NCBI GenBank assembly: GCA_002104905.1
Contig: MCFE01000764.1
Span: forward strand, 1 to 38,398
From: Basidiobolus meristosporus CBS 931.73
Taxonomy: Eukaryota; Fungi; Basidiobolomycota
Direction of reading: 5' to 3'
DNA: 38,398 nt
The notes under the pieces are model-generated. The model had not been told where the DNA came from, made no database searches, and saw only the letters and a list, made by a program, of their open reading frames with translations. The position numbers and the translations under genes were made by a program. Each line of letters starts with the position of its first letter. Within the stretch, counting starts at the first letter, position 1. This document shows, in pieces, positions 12,020 to 25,651 of this stretch.

Positions 12020-13139
12020 TCTTGGTGAAGCTTGTGTTCTGGTGAAAAGGCGATAAAACAATTATTCTAGGATAAAGGAAATATAACAAGCGAAAGGAAG
12101 ACAAGTACAATGTCGAAGGGGATGAAGCTTAAATATATCAATAGTTTATTTAGAGGGATCTCTAGCATTATTTATTATCCACATCAAACAGTCTCAAGCT
12201 ATCTTACCAATAGAAATGGCAGGTGCACCTGGTCTTACACCAATCTGCTCTAGTAAATGACTAAAATTAGCCACATGTCAAGCGTGACTGTGAAAAAGTC
12301 CCAGATCACGCGTAATTGGATCATACATAGGTAATTTTATTGAATCAAGTATTACGAAATATGCTGAAGCTGATTAGGGATGATGACTGTCTGGTGATGT
12401 GAGGGTCGCTGGCTGCAACGGTGGATTCAAATCTGCGATGTGTTCAGGAATATTGTGCAATCAGGATTTCCCAATTAACATTGACTATACAACCAGCACG
12501 TAAGTCGGTGAATGCTATACGCTCCATCAGCATGGAAATGGGGCCGTAGGCAAGCATACGTGGCTCACATGTTTGAGGTCAGTAAGTATGCTTATACACA
12601 ATGCTGTGTATGCACCACATTCTACTTCACTGCAGCAATGCTATGACTCTGAGTACGAGCAGCCATTATCGAAAAAGTGGCAAGCGATCAGATGCTCCAA
12701 GGGAACATCATTCAGGAATCAGACAAATGACACCTGGGCTAGATTCAGTCGTCTTTTAGGTTTTCCACTTCCTGAGTGGACTATTTCTCGCCGAATACCC
12801 CTTTGGAAAGGAGAAATGATGAACTCGGCTTGTATTCAAACCTGGACGGTCAGTCACGTGATATAGGCCACCTGCTAAATACATCGACGAGCATTTACAC
12901 CCATCTCGCCACGAACGTGATTAGGCTAAGTACTCGAGTTGTCGATCTTTTCAGGATTAATGGCATTTACTACATCATATACCATTCCGATTCCAAATGC
13001 GAATGGGATTGGTACAGGACTAGCCAACTAAATAATGCGGAAAATCCCTCAGCTTTACCACGTCTCCCACTCCAATATTGTCACCAGACTTCAATACTTC
13101 ACTGACTTTCACCCTTCCCCAATCTCTTGAGTAGGCAGC

Positions 13140-13355
13140 ATGGCAGAAAGCGAATTCACGCCTGAAAAGTACCCTGGTCTTATTGAGATTGATGAGTCTG
13201 GAAATAAGTACGTCAATTATGAGGGTGGCAAAATCCCCATATTCACCTCTGTAGACGAATGCATGGCTGGGGCTCCAGGGTTTTCTGAATGCGAACAAGG
13301 CGCACCGTTCTTGAAGAACGCCTTGGAAGAGGAGAAGAAGCGCCGTGGAATATAG
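13140..13355 (+). CDS. Hypothetical 71-aa acidic protein
   Basis: True ATG start, protein-like composition (MAESEFTPEKYPGLIEIDESGNKYVNYEGGKIPIF...), pyrimidine-rich leader and AT-rich 3' flank. No family was recognised. Confidence 0.4.
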   Translation: MAESEFTPEKYPGLIEIDESGNKYVNYEGGKIPIFTSVDECMAGAPGFSECEQGAPFLKNALEEEKKRRGI

Positions 13356-14167
13356 ACTTGCTTCACCAACCGCCTTTATGCAAGATACCTTAACAAGTAA
13401 CAACCCAGTATAACAGAACTAGGCTTCTTTTGAACTCACTTAACACCTTTTTTAAAGACCTAAAGACACCGCTATTTATTTAATCCTCATCAGACCACAA
13501 GAATAGTCCAACCGATATGGATACTTAATCACCGTCGACACCTTTTCTCTTTGACCGGATAACAAGTAAAACCGTAGCCAACGGAACCCTTTCCTTCCCT
13601 CGTCGTCGCTTTCTACGCAACTATATATACACGTTCAACAAAACCCCCTCTACCTTGTCTTTAAGCTTCAAATAAACTCAAAATGAGCACCTGAACTTGA
13701 TGCTCGCCTCCCTGACCATGATTTTTCCCCGGATAGTCACTTGCATGCCGAAACGGAGCGGATGGGGGCCCTTGAGCCTGTATGTATCATCGATGCCTAC
13801 CGCGCCCCTATATTTGGGATTTTCTTGGGGATCGCGATGCTTTCGGCAGCAGGCCCGAATGGCATAGTGCGACCACCATTCCTCTCTGACACGGTGGCTG
13901 GATAAAAGAAGCAACCCGTCGAACACCCCTCATGCCTTAAATCACATCCTACTCCGACCATGGCCACCACCCATGATATGTTCAATTGATACTGGAGTAC
14001 ACCAAAGCAAACAACCAAATAAATTTATTTTCTGCCATTGCAAAGACGAGGCTCAGAATACTTGTGCGACTGAACGAAAAGCAAGAAAAACCTCTAAGGC
14101 AGCGCCGAACCTTCGTGAGGGACTCATACTCGCAAAACTAAGAGAGGGCAAACCAGGGTTGACCGAA

Positions 14168-14374
14168 CTACGGCAACGCTTCGTAGTCACTTCCGAAGTC
14201 ACGGTATTTGTGGACAATGTACCAGGCATGGAGGATTCCTGGAACCGCACCGAGCAGGGTCAAGCCAACGTTGATCCAGAAATCGGCATGCAGCCCGCGC
14301 TTCACAAACACCGAAAGCGGGGGGATGAAAAAGCCGATGACCAAAAGAAGTACGTCGTTAATACTGTAACCCAT
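14168..14374 (-). CDS. PMP3: Pmp3/UPF0057 small membrane proteolipid
   Basis: 68 aa with the family signature FIPPLSVF...FWINVGLTLLGAVPGILHAWYIV. Confidence 0.9.
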   Translation of the reverse strand: MGYSINDVLLLVIGFFIPPLSVFVKRGLHADFWINVGLTLLGAVPGILHAWYIVHKYRDFGSDYEALP

Positions 14375-16586
14375 CTTCTAGGCAAAACAATTAACAAACA
14401 GAACTAAGCCTCTATAGAGCGAAACTGCTTACCACTATTCAGAGAGGTATTCTGGACTAGAAAGGTTGGAGTGGGCAATACTTTGTATGCTGAGATGTGG
14501 TTTGATGACGCCACTGGGCAATTTAACTTGATTCATCAAAACATTGGATATAGATGATGGAATACATATTTGCATACTCTCATGGCCCCCTGACTCTAGT
14601 ATTTGATTCACTAGAAATGGCAATATGATTGGAGTGTTTATCTAATTAGCGTGGAACCTTGTTCCCGCAACTAGAGCTAACTTAATCTGTTCTAGCCCAC
14701 AGCTAGTGCGTTGTGATATTCTCTTGCCGAATCGAAGAGGAGCAAGAGCCTTGGCACCTCCGTCCATCTGTTTAGCTCACACCTCACCTGATTGCCTATG
14801 ATTCTAGAGAATTCTGGCCAGCCGTGTATACAATTGCTTTGCTAGAATAGAGATCATCCTGTAACATTACGAATGCTATGGATACTGTGGAAATTGGTTT
14901 GTGCAGGACATAAATTCCAATAGGATTGCGCAACGATGATTTGTCACTCCACAGCAAGTGGTTTTCCACGGATCCAATGAGACTTGATTGTCTCCACAGA
15001 GGTAGGGTTTGTACTAGGTACTTGGACTACATGGGTAGCAAGCACGGATACTTGCCATGAACAGGCTGATGGAGTGAAAATAGCTAAATCATGTGAATGC
15101 TTGTTTGAGGCCCGGTGGAATTGTTGAAATATGGTCAACGCCGTTAGTTTGGATGAGCCAGGAAAGTACCTTTTAGCCATTTAGCCAGGGTGATCACGGA
15201 GCTGGTAGAAGTGCAGAGTACTTGGAAACGGCAACTATACTCCTCCCAAAATCACATGACCAGGGAGCTTAGTGCAGCTCTTCAGCCATGGGGCAGTATC
15301 AAAAAGGAAATTGTGTGCAAAGGTTGAGGATATTCCATCTCTTTAAAATGGCCAAAATTCCTGTGAAGTGTCAGGAATGGGGCCGTTCTCCTCCGACTAC
15401 CTTAAATATAAAATCTGTGTATACGGAGGAATATGTGTTCAATTAGATAGTTGCAACTGGCTGCCTAACTATGGAAGGTCGCGTCGTTGGCAACACGAGT
15501 TAAGTAAGCTGTGTTGCAACTAGTTGTTCCTATTGTAGCCTTGTTTTGTCAAGTATCTAGGATTTTCAGAGCTGTGTGAGTTGGTTCAAACACTAGAATC
15601 TGGTCATGATCTGTGCATCCGGTGGTGAGTTCTGGAAGTTGCACATATATATAAGTATATGGTATAGAGTCTACCTTAACTCAATAAAGCAGCAGATGGA
15701 CACATCACTTCAAATCCCCAATCTGCTTCAATTACTGGATACATTTTTTACTGGAAGTCCAGCATAGGAAGCAATCATTTTTGGGCATCAGGAAGTGGAG
15801 TGGCAAGAAATGCCTCCATCATAAATTCTACGGTTAGTTTCAAACGGAAGAACATAGCAATTGAGGTCTGTATATCAACATCTCTACTGAGTGGCTAACC
15901 AGTGGAAGGATGTGAAGAGAAACCATATATATTCATGGCCACAATGAATGTTTACTGCTAATTAAACACTACATATTGTGTTTGCTTGTTGTTTATGAAG
16001 TGCTATATAGACCACCACACATCAATCCTATTTCATTAGGTACCAGGTATCATAGTTTGAATTTGCAGGTGAAGATTGTGTTCACCTTCACCCGCTACCT
16101 ATTCTATAGTCCAACGTTTACCGCAAATTCTATCTGCCAAATGTGCCGCTAGAAAGAAGCCTTCCTACAGCATATCTTGGTCAGCACTTGCTGATAGTAT
16201 TTCCAGTGATCTTGCCACTGTGCAGAATAATAACTGCCATGAACCAGGTTGCTTGGCCGATGATTTGGCAAGATCCGTGACCATTGCAGCCCACAACGTA
16301 TCATACTGCATCGATTATGGAAGAGGATTGCATCAAGCCCAATACGAAATCAGATGATGAATGTCTTAATCAATTGCTAGTCGAGGGTCAGTCGTTTAGT
16401 AAACGACTTGGAGCCAATCATCGATGGGCCCTGAACTTCGTACACTTTTTGTCTGACGTATTGATTTCCATGAAATTTGATACTATCCACTTCACCACTA
16501 AAGAATGAACGATTGATACTTGATAAACATACTTTTGAAATCGTCTTGTTGGAACACTTCGTCTAGAAAACTACAGTCTACATAAC

Positions 16587-18144
16587 ATGGTAAGCCATTT
16601 CACCCGGAATTTTCTGTCGCGATAAAGGCGCTTTCTCACTTCTGCTTGTTTCTAGTTTGGTGGTTACGATTACAACGGATTCCCTCAATTTGGTGTGGGT
16701 GCCAATCGCACATTTACGGAACACTATCGTTGCTATCCTGTCTCAATGTTGCCAGGAAATGAAAGGGAGAACGTAAACTTTGGCGGGAAAAGTAGGTATT
16801 TACGACTAGAAGCCTTGCCAGATAATACTAACCTGGTGTTTACCTATTCCTAGTAATTCTTCCACAATCCGCTCTAGTCAAACTGGGTTTGTCCCCGTCA
16901 TTAGCTTGCTTATGTTGATTACGCCACTAACGGATGGGATTGCTCTGTTTGTTAGCGAGTCTCAACATTGCCTACCCTATGCTATTCTCTTTGACCAACG
17001 AAACGCACGCAAGACACACCCATGCTGGTGTATTGGAATTTATTGCAGAAGAAGGAAGAGTGTACCTTCCACACTGGGTAACTAACTCACGAATATCCAA
17101 AATATCGCATCGTCGCAGAAGTAACCTTCGGTCATATCGTATCGCGCACGGCTGCAGATGATGCAGACACTCTTACTGGAGCCAGGAGATCTAATCCAAG
17201 TCAAGAACACAACCTTACCTCTGGGTAGCTTTGTAAAGATCCAGCCTCAATCCGTAGATTTCCTCGACATTACCGATCCAAAAGCTGTGTATCCATTTTT
17301 TTCGAGGGAAACCTAGTTGCTTCGCGCAGACTACTCGTTATTCGACTTAACTACCACTTGATAGGCTTGAGAACGCACTTCGAAACTTCTCCACCCTTAC
17401 GCAAGGGGATATCATCATGATCAACTATAACAACAAGTTATACGAGATTCTGGTGATGGAGGTCAAGCCAGAGGGGAACGGAATCTCCATTGTAGAAACC
17501 GATCTTGAGGTAAGTAAGCCCAGGCATCGCCGGCACCACCTGGATTGCTTCATTGATGCATTCTCCCTAGGTTGATTTTGCACCACCGGTCGGCTACAAA
17601 GAGCCACCCAAGCCCATCCAAGCGCCCGCCTCGTCCATGGTACAGTTCATCAAGCCAGGATCCTCGGAAATCCATTATTGACCACCCTATAGGCCAAGAG
17701 TCTTCGAATTGATGAAATCGCTCAAGAAGCACCCAGCAAGTGGAGTGCGTTCCAAGGAGGCGGCAGTCGTCTGAACGGCAAGGGTGTAGATACGGCATCA
17801 ATCAAGTAAGCACCCGTCGACGAGCCCGTTCTAGCTTCACAGAAATCAAGTTGACACCAATCCATGTAGATCCGAATCGACCATCGAAGAAGCAGTCGCT
17901 CAATCCGAAGCCCCCCTTAACCTACCATTCGGGCAGTTGTTTTTCGGATACCCCGTGGTTCCTTTAAAATCACAGGAAGCCTCGGACGAGTCGAAGGTAA
18001 AGTAGTCATGCATACGCTTTGTCAGCCCCACCCACCTCGCCTAAACCCCCGGTGTCTTAGGAGAGCAAGTTTGTCGGGGAAGGACAGAAGCTACGTGCGC
18101 GCAAGAAGAAGACTGCCTCATCATCCACTGCCTCTTCACCTTGA
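16587..18144 (+). CDS. UFD1: Ubiquitin fusion degradation protein Ufd1, multi-exon
   Basis: ATG|gtaagc first exon, then [12 protein letters not shown]...NFGGK, YPMLFSL...[68 protein letters not shown], and C-terminal FVGEGQKL. Confidence 0.95.
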
Positions 18145-18724
18145 AACCGTCCCTTAAATCAACACTAGTTATTCTGATTGGTTGGCGGGGTTGGCCAACA
18201 CGATATATTTGACATTACGCAGTGAAATAGCGATTTGTATTATTAGATGGTTCACTCTCACATTACGCTTGAATCCGAGTCTGCCATTACCGTCTGATTC
18301 ACTCGCTATTCACTCTTGATCGAAATAAATAACCTTTCTACACGCAACATTATTCATGAATATCTGGTGGATTCATGGATTCGGTGGGATCCGAATCCCT
18401 GGCGATCCAAACAGCATGGGCCAATTGGACGATTCCCCAATTCATCCTTATCAACGGCATACAAAAGGTTTTCACCTTCCCATCGGACTTGGGGCCTGGA
18501 CATTTCAAGAAAAAAAAACTCTTCGCCCCCCCGCCATTCCAGAGTCAGTGATCGGGGAATGATCAATAGTTTCATATCGAATGGGTACTAAAAAACGGGT
18601 GATCTTTGTTTTCGTCTACCTACCTCTTTTTTTTACTCTCCTTCGCTTTTGAATCATCCATTCTTTCTGGATTGAATCCTTTCTCTTCTAAGAATTTCTT
18701 CTAGTCAGGCGAGAAACACGAACC

Positions 18725-20144
18725 ATGTTGGATCTTAACTTATTCCAAGCCGAAAAGGGTGGTAACCCCGAGCTCATCCGCGAGTCCCAGCGTCGTAGAG
18801 GAGCCTCCGTCGAGATCGTCGATGAGATCATCGCCATGTACGACGAGTGGGTCAAAGGTAACCATATTTCCAACCATCCTGTCTTCATTACCCCCGCTCA
18901 CCGTTTCTATCATGCTTCCCACGTTTATCCTTCCAGAACGTTTCAACCTTGATCAGCTCAACAAGGAAATCAACGCCATCCAAAAGTCCATCGGCCAGAA
19001 GATGAAGGCCAAGGAGGATGCCTCCGAATTGATCACCAAGAAAACCGAGGTCCAAAAGCAAAAGGAAACCTTGACCCTCTCCGAAAAAGAGAAGGAAGAG
19101 TTGATGAAGCAAAAGGTTGGCACCATTGGCAACTTGGTTCACGACTCCGTCCCAGTCAGCATGAACGAAGACAATAACGAGATTGTCCGCACCTGGTTCC
19201 CTGATGGTAAGGAGCCCGAGAAGAAGACCGATATCCACCCTCACCACGAGGTTTTGTACCGTCTTGATGGCTTCGACTCCGAGAGAGGTGCCAATGTTGC
19301 TGGTCACCGTGGTTACTTCTTGACCAACGATGGTGTCGACCTTAACATGGCTTTGATTCAATACGGTCTCAACTACCTTCGTGGTAAGGGATACAAGAAG
19401 CTTCAAACTCCCTTCTTCATGAAGAAGGAAGTGATGGCTAAGACCGCTCAGTTGTCCGAGTTCGATGAGGAGCTTTACAAGGTCACCGGTGATGGTGATG
19501 ACAAGTACTTGATTGCCACCTCCGAGCAACCCATCTCCGCCTTCCATGCCGGTGAATGGTTCGAGAGACCTGCCGAACAACTCCCCTTGAAGTATGCCGG
19601 TTACTCCACCTGCTTCCGTAAGGAGGCTGGTGCTCACGGCAAGGACACCTGGGGTATCTTCCGTGTTCATCAATTCGAGAAGGTTGAACAATTCGTTCTC
19701 ACCGAGCCTGAGAAGTCTTGGGAGATGTTCGATGAGATGATCGGTGCTTCCGAAGGTTTCTTCCAATCCCTCAACATCCCTTACCGTATCGTCAGCATCG
19801 TCTCCGGCGCCTTGAACAACGCTGCCGCCAAGAAGTACGATTTGGAGGCATGGTTCCCCTTCCAAGGAGAGTACAAGGAGTTGGTTTCTTGCTCTAACTG
19901 TACCGATTACCAAAGCAGAAGCTTGGAGATTCGTTGCGGTATGAAGAAGATGGGTGATCGCGAAAAGAAGTACGTCCATTGCTTGAACTCTACACTTTGC
20001 GCTACCGAGAGAGCCCTCTGCTGTATTTTGGAGAACTACCAGACTCCTGAAGGTCTTAACATCCCTGAGCCATTGGTGCCTTACATGGGCGGACGTACCT
20101 TCTTGCCCTTCGTCAAGGAAGCTCCCAAGACCTCCAAGAAATAA
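18725..20144 (+). CDS. SES1: Cytoplasmic seryl-tRNA synthetase, two exons (intron ~18859-18936)
   Basis: MLDLNLFQAEKGGNPELIRESQRRR, LIATSEQP, motif 2 FRKEAGAHGKDTWGIFRVHQFEKVEQ, ELVSCSNCTDYQSR, motif 3 HCLNSTLCATERALCCILENYQ. Strong codon bias. Confidence 0.97.
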
Positions 20145-20552
20145 ATTGACGACTCATTTGACGCATTCCTCAATTTAACACCATCTGAACCCTGACTTGT
20201 CTTTCTAGCGCGCTTTTTTGTTAATAAAATCCACGTGTTTCTTTAATAGGGAAGTGAAACTGGTGAGGTGTGGACGTTGATTCCCTGTGTTCTGACTGGA
20301 TCACAGTCATATTTATTGAAGGCTGTTGGCGGTGCTGAGCATCAACATTCGTCAAGTCGTTGAAAAACCAAAAGAAATACATTCATGATACAAACATATA
20401 TACTACAGGCAGTGGTGGTTGGTCACCTCTTGAATATTGTTGGGAGAGATGGTGGGATTTGGGCCGGATAGCTGCATGGCTGGGCGCTCTAGTGAGGAAA
20501 TATTGGCGTCAACACCCACGCTTGGCAGGTTAAAGTGTTGCCAGGTCGCCGG

Positions 20553-22251
20553 CTAAGGATTAAGTAGAGGGGTGTGTTCATTCGGGGTGGGGGTTGCAGG
20601 GGATTTGGGGGATCTCCCAGAAGACGTCGACTGATTGCGAAGGTGCGAGACTACCCGGATGGCGTTTACCACTTTGCGGAATCGTTGACGCGCTTGTGGG
20701 TTTTGTCGTATGGCGGGGAGAAGATCAGGCAGGGAGTTGGATTCCGACTCGGAAAGGCTCATAGCGCAGAACTTGTCCAACCAGTCGCTCTTCAGCGCCT
20801 GCTGGGCTGTCCACCTCTTATCCGGGGCAAGCACAAGGAGGTTTGAGATGAACTCTTTTGCTGGTGAGAGGAAAGGGTTAGCGGCGCTTGGGTCAGGTTC
20901 ACAACAAAGCTCTAAGACGCTACCTTCGCCAGAAATATTTGTCCAATAGAATGTTGGCGAGAAGCTGTAATCACAGTTCATCACAGCCTTGATCTCTTCT
21001 GTGGGGCTGTCGCGGTCAAAAGGGCAGTATCCACAGAGAAGGAAGAAGGTGATGACGCCTATGGCCCACATGTCTCTATAGTGGGCAGTATATTAGATCC
21101 GTAGCATCGGTGCCTATCCTCCACAGCGACTTACACTGGCTTCCCATAGCCGGTTTGCTTCAGGACCTCAGGTGCCTAGCAAAGGTTCAAATACACGATG
21201 AGTGGAGCCTAGGGTTGAGCAAACATGTACTGGGCTTACAATATATCCCATAGTGCCACAGGCGGTCGTCAGCACCTGGGTGTTGGTGTCGTCCAGCAGC
21301 TTCGCCAAGCCAAAATCGGCGATAACTAAATTGGAGTCTTCCTCTTCTGTTTCGAATAGGATATTCTCGGGCTATTGTGCGAATCCGTAAATCTCACCGA
21401 ACGTTATGGATGAGTCTGCGGTAGAACATTACCTTTAGATCTGGTTTCAACGTGAGACAAGTTAGAAAACAGTTTCCGTTGGCTGTGAACAAGGCTGGAT
21501 CAACGTTACCTCTATGAACAACTCCATGTTCATGCAAGCAAACCACTCCTTTCAGTATCTGCCGAACAATTTCGGCCGCATCCTTTTCATAGTAATTTCC
21601 TCTATCGTAAATTCGTTCAAACAACTCACCGCCTCTTGCGATCTCGGTTATCAGGTAGACTAGGGGTGTCTGGTTAGGTTGTTGTCAAGTAGCGTGTAGA
21701 GAAAGAAAAACCTGAAACTTACAGCTGTCGGAGGTTTCGTAGTAGTCGGTCAGCGACAGCAAATGCGGATTCAGCTGGGATATCTTTTTCAACACGGCGA
21801 TCTCGTTTACCATCAATCTGGTTTTGCGGCTGAGGATTTTCTTATTCACTATCTTGGCCGCGTATATCTTTCCAGTGGTCAGCTTTGAAAGCAACATTTT
21901 CCGGTTAGTAAGTTGGCACGTATATTTTCCGAGAATCAATGAACTCGTACGTCTTCCGCCTCTGCAGGGATAACAAGGAAGCCGTTAGTGAGTGTCCAGG
22001 TGCGGCCAGGACGAGTCTGAATAAAAATACCTTTCACTATTGCAAAATAGCCTTTACCAAGCTCCTTCCTCAGTTTGTACTTGTTGATTCCGGTGGGGAC
22101 ATTGCCAGAGTTTCTAGCCTCTTGCGGAGAAGGTATACATCCTAGTACAAATACACGGGGCGTTTAGCAATCGGAAACGGACATTCCGCAACAAATACGC
22201 ACCTGGACAGATGAAATGCGCATTTTTGGCGAACCAGCTGGTAAATTTCAT
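20553..22251 (-). CDS. CMK1: Ca2+/calmodulin-dependent protein kinase (CaMKI/Cmk-type), multi-exon
   Basis: KYKLRKELGKGYFAIVK, YAAKIV, VVHRDLKPENIL, ADFGLAK, CGTMGYIAPE, DMWAIGVITFFLLCGYCPF and a basic amphipathic CaM-binding tail (ARQRFRKVVNAIRVVSHL). The 5' exon was inferred by splicing; the paralogue identity is uncertain. Confidence 0.88.
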
Positions 22252-23492
22252 GTGGCTTTATGTCAGCAGACTTTCTTAGCTGCGAGAGAGAGTGTGTGTT
22301 CTGGGCGAAGCGACACCAGCTATTTGTAGGTGAGGAGAATTGATATGTGACGCGAAAACGAGCACTTGAGGAACGGTGAAACAGTATTAACTGAATAAGT
22401 TATTTAAGCAATCGAAGTATCACACGAAAAATTGTTATGGCATAGCTGAGGTTTTATCAATCAAAGATTTAAAGACAGCCCATTCAACATTAGTGCCATG
22501 GTATCACTGGAAATTCGATGTGAAGGGTGGGTGAGATTTCGCCGTATTGATATTCGGCAACTAGTCCATGATGTATAAATGTAACATGAGATCACCTGTG
22601 ATTAGGCGAAGCTGAGACTGGATCTTGATATGTGGTAGGGCTCGTACTGACATCACTGTATTGGCAATTCTGAACGAATTTGTGTGCGTAATCGGTGTAC
22701 AGGTGATGGCATATACTAGCAACTTTTCACAGCACTGGAATTTACTTGATTAGCTCTAATTCATGTTAAGCCAATGGCTCCTGGGCTTGGCAGCGTGACC
22801 GGTATCCTTTTTAAGTAATCGTTGGTGTTGGCTCTCATTCAGTTGGAACTACGCTCATTGCTCGAGCCTAGGTGACCCTGCCAGCTTTCCTGGAGGGGAG
22901 TGGCACTTCAGGCGTTAATGGGGTGTCAGCGGCAATATTTATACTAGGGTGGTTCTATTCCATAGCGGTGCCAGTTTATACAGGCTGTGCGGGGTGGCAT
23001 GTAGTAATACTAGGAACGTCCACAGCTTGAACAAGATCTCGATTCCAGTCTTGTGCTTGCTCCAACAGCTGGATTGCAGAGATGGGAAGCGAGTATGGTA
23101 CTATTGATGGTAATTGAATAGGATCTCCATGTTGCGGCTGAGTAGTAGCCCCGCTTACTGTCCAGCACTTGTCGGATGATGGGCTGCAGATCACCCCGCA
23201 ATGGCTTTCACCATAGTTGCGCTGGTTAGCTGACTATACCCATCGCCTTCGACGTGGCTCTGTTCAGAATCCTCAGGCTGGTGCAACATGTGTTCGAGCG
23301 ATTTCTATGCTTAGAAGAATTCGAGACAAAACTAGATTTGCCAAGCCAATATAAATCGTGTACAAGTCTTTTATTCATATGTACGGCCGCATGTCATGAA
23401 TTTGGATTGATTCGATTTCGTGATTAAGAAAATGGGATGGTCATGCCCATTGGTACTTTCTAGGGGAGCGGAACTGACCATCGGGGTTCTAT

Positions 23493-24576
23493 TCACTCGA
23501 CATTACGTTCGGCTTGAGCATCATTCTTCATTATCGTAGACCAAAAGTCAATCCACTGCTTCACTTCCTCATACACCATGAATGTGATTGCTTGACCAGG
23601 AGCAACCCGTAAGAGACGAGGCGTAAGCCCTTTATAGAAAGCGCGGTACCCCTCGTTTTTTATGATGCTGCCAGTCACTGAGGTAAAGCGAGTCCAACCA
23701 GATTCTCCTGACGGATTAGGAGCACGTTGAATGCGGGTCTTGATGGTGTCTATGGGCGCGTTGCTTATCGGACCCATGGCCCCACTAAGCCCACCGACAA
23801 GCAAGGCCTGATAGCTAGGAAGCTCTTTCAAGTCTTGCTTCGCAAGTAGGCGCTTCTTTATCTCTTGGTATACTGTGAAGTTAACACCTTGATTGGTGGC
23901 TATAAAAGATGCATGGCATTCATTAACCTCTAGAATAGGCAATATTGTATAGACGATTCATTCACGGTTACCTTGGCGTATACAGGTGAGAGCCACACCC
24001 TTATAGAGTGCACCAATGCCTTCTTCTCGGACTATCGTGTATGCAGCATGGCCGGCATTGCGATATTTAGGAATATCCAGTGGATCCATCATTGAGTGCC
24101 GCTGAGCTTGTAGCCGAATCTTGACAACTTCCATAGGGCAGACCACCAACACAGATTCGGTAACACCAGCTGCAAGTCCAGCTGGTAGAGAATTCGTTAG
24201 TCCTGTGAACAAAAGCAATACCTGGCAGCTGCATACCTAAAAAGGTGAACCCAGTGGAAACCTTATTTGTTTCTTTGTCCGCTAGCCAAGATTTATAGAT
24301 CTCGAAGCTAGAGAACCGTATCGCCATTTTCGGCACAATCCCTGACACCACAGCACCAAGCCCCTTGTACAGTGCCAAGGCACCTTCTTTTTTAACAATG
24401 CGAAGCCCCACGCCAATAAATCCTCGCGGTTGCCCTTGAGCCGCATTCTTGGTTCGTAACTGCATGCGCACCTTAATGGTATCCAAAGGATGGCATGTGC
24501 ATGCCTCGATAAACCCAGCGCTTCCACCAGCAATTAAATGGGTGGAGATGGATCGTTTCTGGTTGTCTTTGGTCAT
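23493..24576 (-). CDS. SFC1: Mitochondrial succinate-fumarate carrier, three exons
   Basis: Three carrier signatures (HPLDTIKVRMQ, CPMEVVKIRLQ, APIDTIKTRIQ) plus the Sfc1-type GIVPKMAIRFSSFE and FYKGLTPRLLRVAPGQAITF. Confidence 0.92.
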
Positions 24577-25651
24577 CTCGGCAACAAGTGGCGTGTCAAT
24601 ATTGAACTTTAAACAACGCTCTACGGGTGATAATACAGCGCTTTTGCCAAGGAATCAACGAAAAGAAGTGGGAATGGGTGGTTGTCAGGTTGAAGGGGCT
24701 ACACGCTCCTATTTATTAACCGCAACTGCCAACATCACCATCATGTTTTAGAAATAATATAGTTATATATCATGTGTCCACACCTTATTCAAACCGGGCG
24801 AACTTGGCTTCAGTTTCACTTTTGTCACTCCATATACCCATTGACACTTCATGTACATCTTGACATATACATATATTTCAGGTTTAAATTAGCCTTTTTA
24901 ATGAAGGGAGTATCGTCTACAATAAGTATATGATGCCCCCTTGAATTATTTAGCTTATCTCGACTCACCCTGGAGCTAAATCGATGATGCTTCATATCAC
25001 CTGGTATCTGGGTGGCCGTTCCCATTAGGTCCTTGCAGTAGGTCGCAGAAGAAACTCAGAAAAACACCAAGAGTCTCCAGGAAAGAGTCAACTGCTGAAA
25101 AGGGCGGTTTGTAAACTGTCAATATCTTGCCCAGAATCCCAAGACAGAGCGGTGAGCAGTCGCCGAAGCCGATATGTCCCTGGTCGCAACGGTCTCAGCA
25201 ATACAGCGATTTTCACATGATCCATTATTAGAATTACTGGTACATGATCACAACCATGTCTAGGCTGAGCCAATAATCAGCTGTCTTCACCTATACCTGG
25301 CCATTTCATCCGGCTCTCCTCACGTATTTCTACCTAACCCACCTTTAGGGAGACTGAGCACTGTCGCAAGGGCTGTGTTTACTCTAGTATGTCATGCCGA
25401 TGATTAATGCAGTTACGTATCTCTTACAATCACGGTCGTGACGCACCAAGAGTATGGCAACCATATCCCTGGTCATATAGCCATTGTGGGAGTTCACTTC
25501 TGTCACTAGCTCAACAAAGGATACTGGGAATACAGTTTATATCATTTGAAGGAGAAATTACAGCTCGGGGTTTACAATGTACAATATACAGCTTCCTTTG
25601 ATGATAGGAAATAATACAAAATGAATGGATCTCAAGCCCTGATTGGCCCCC

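Noticed and set aside
15697-16510. Possible decayed intron-containing gene (ATG at 15697, GTTAGT donor, protein-like fragments)
   Set aside because: No splice model gave an open frame and no family was recognised.
18888-19979. 363-aa antisense ORF over seryl-tRNA synthetase
   Set aside because: Expected shadow of strong codon bias in a highly expressed gene. The same applies to the antisense ORFs over BEM1, WDR26 and PMP3.
22976-23290. Short minus-strand ORFs downstream of SFC1
   Set aside because: Fragmentary, with no motif support.
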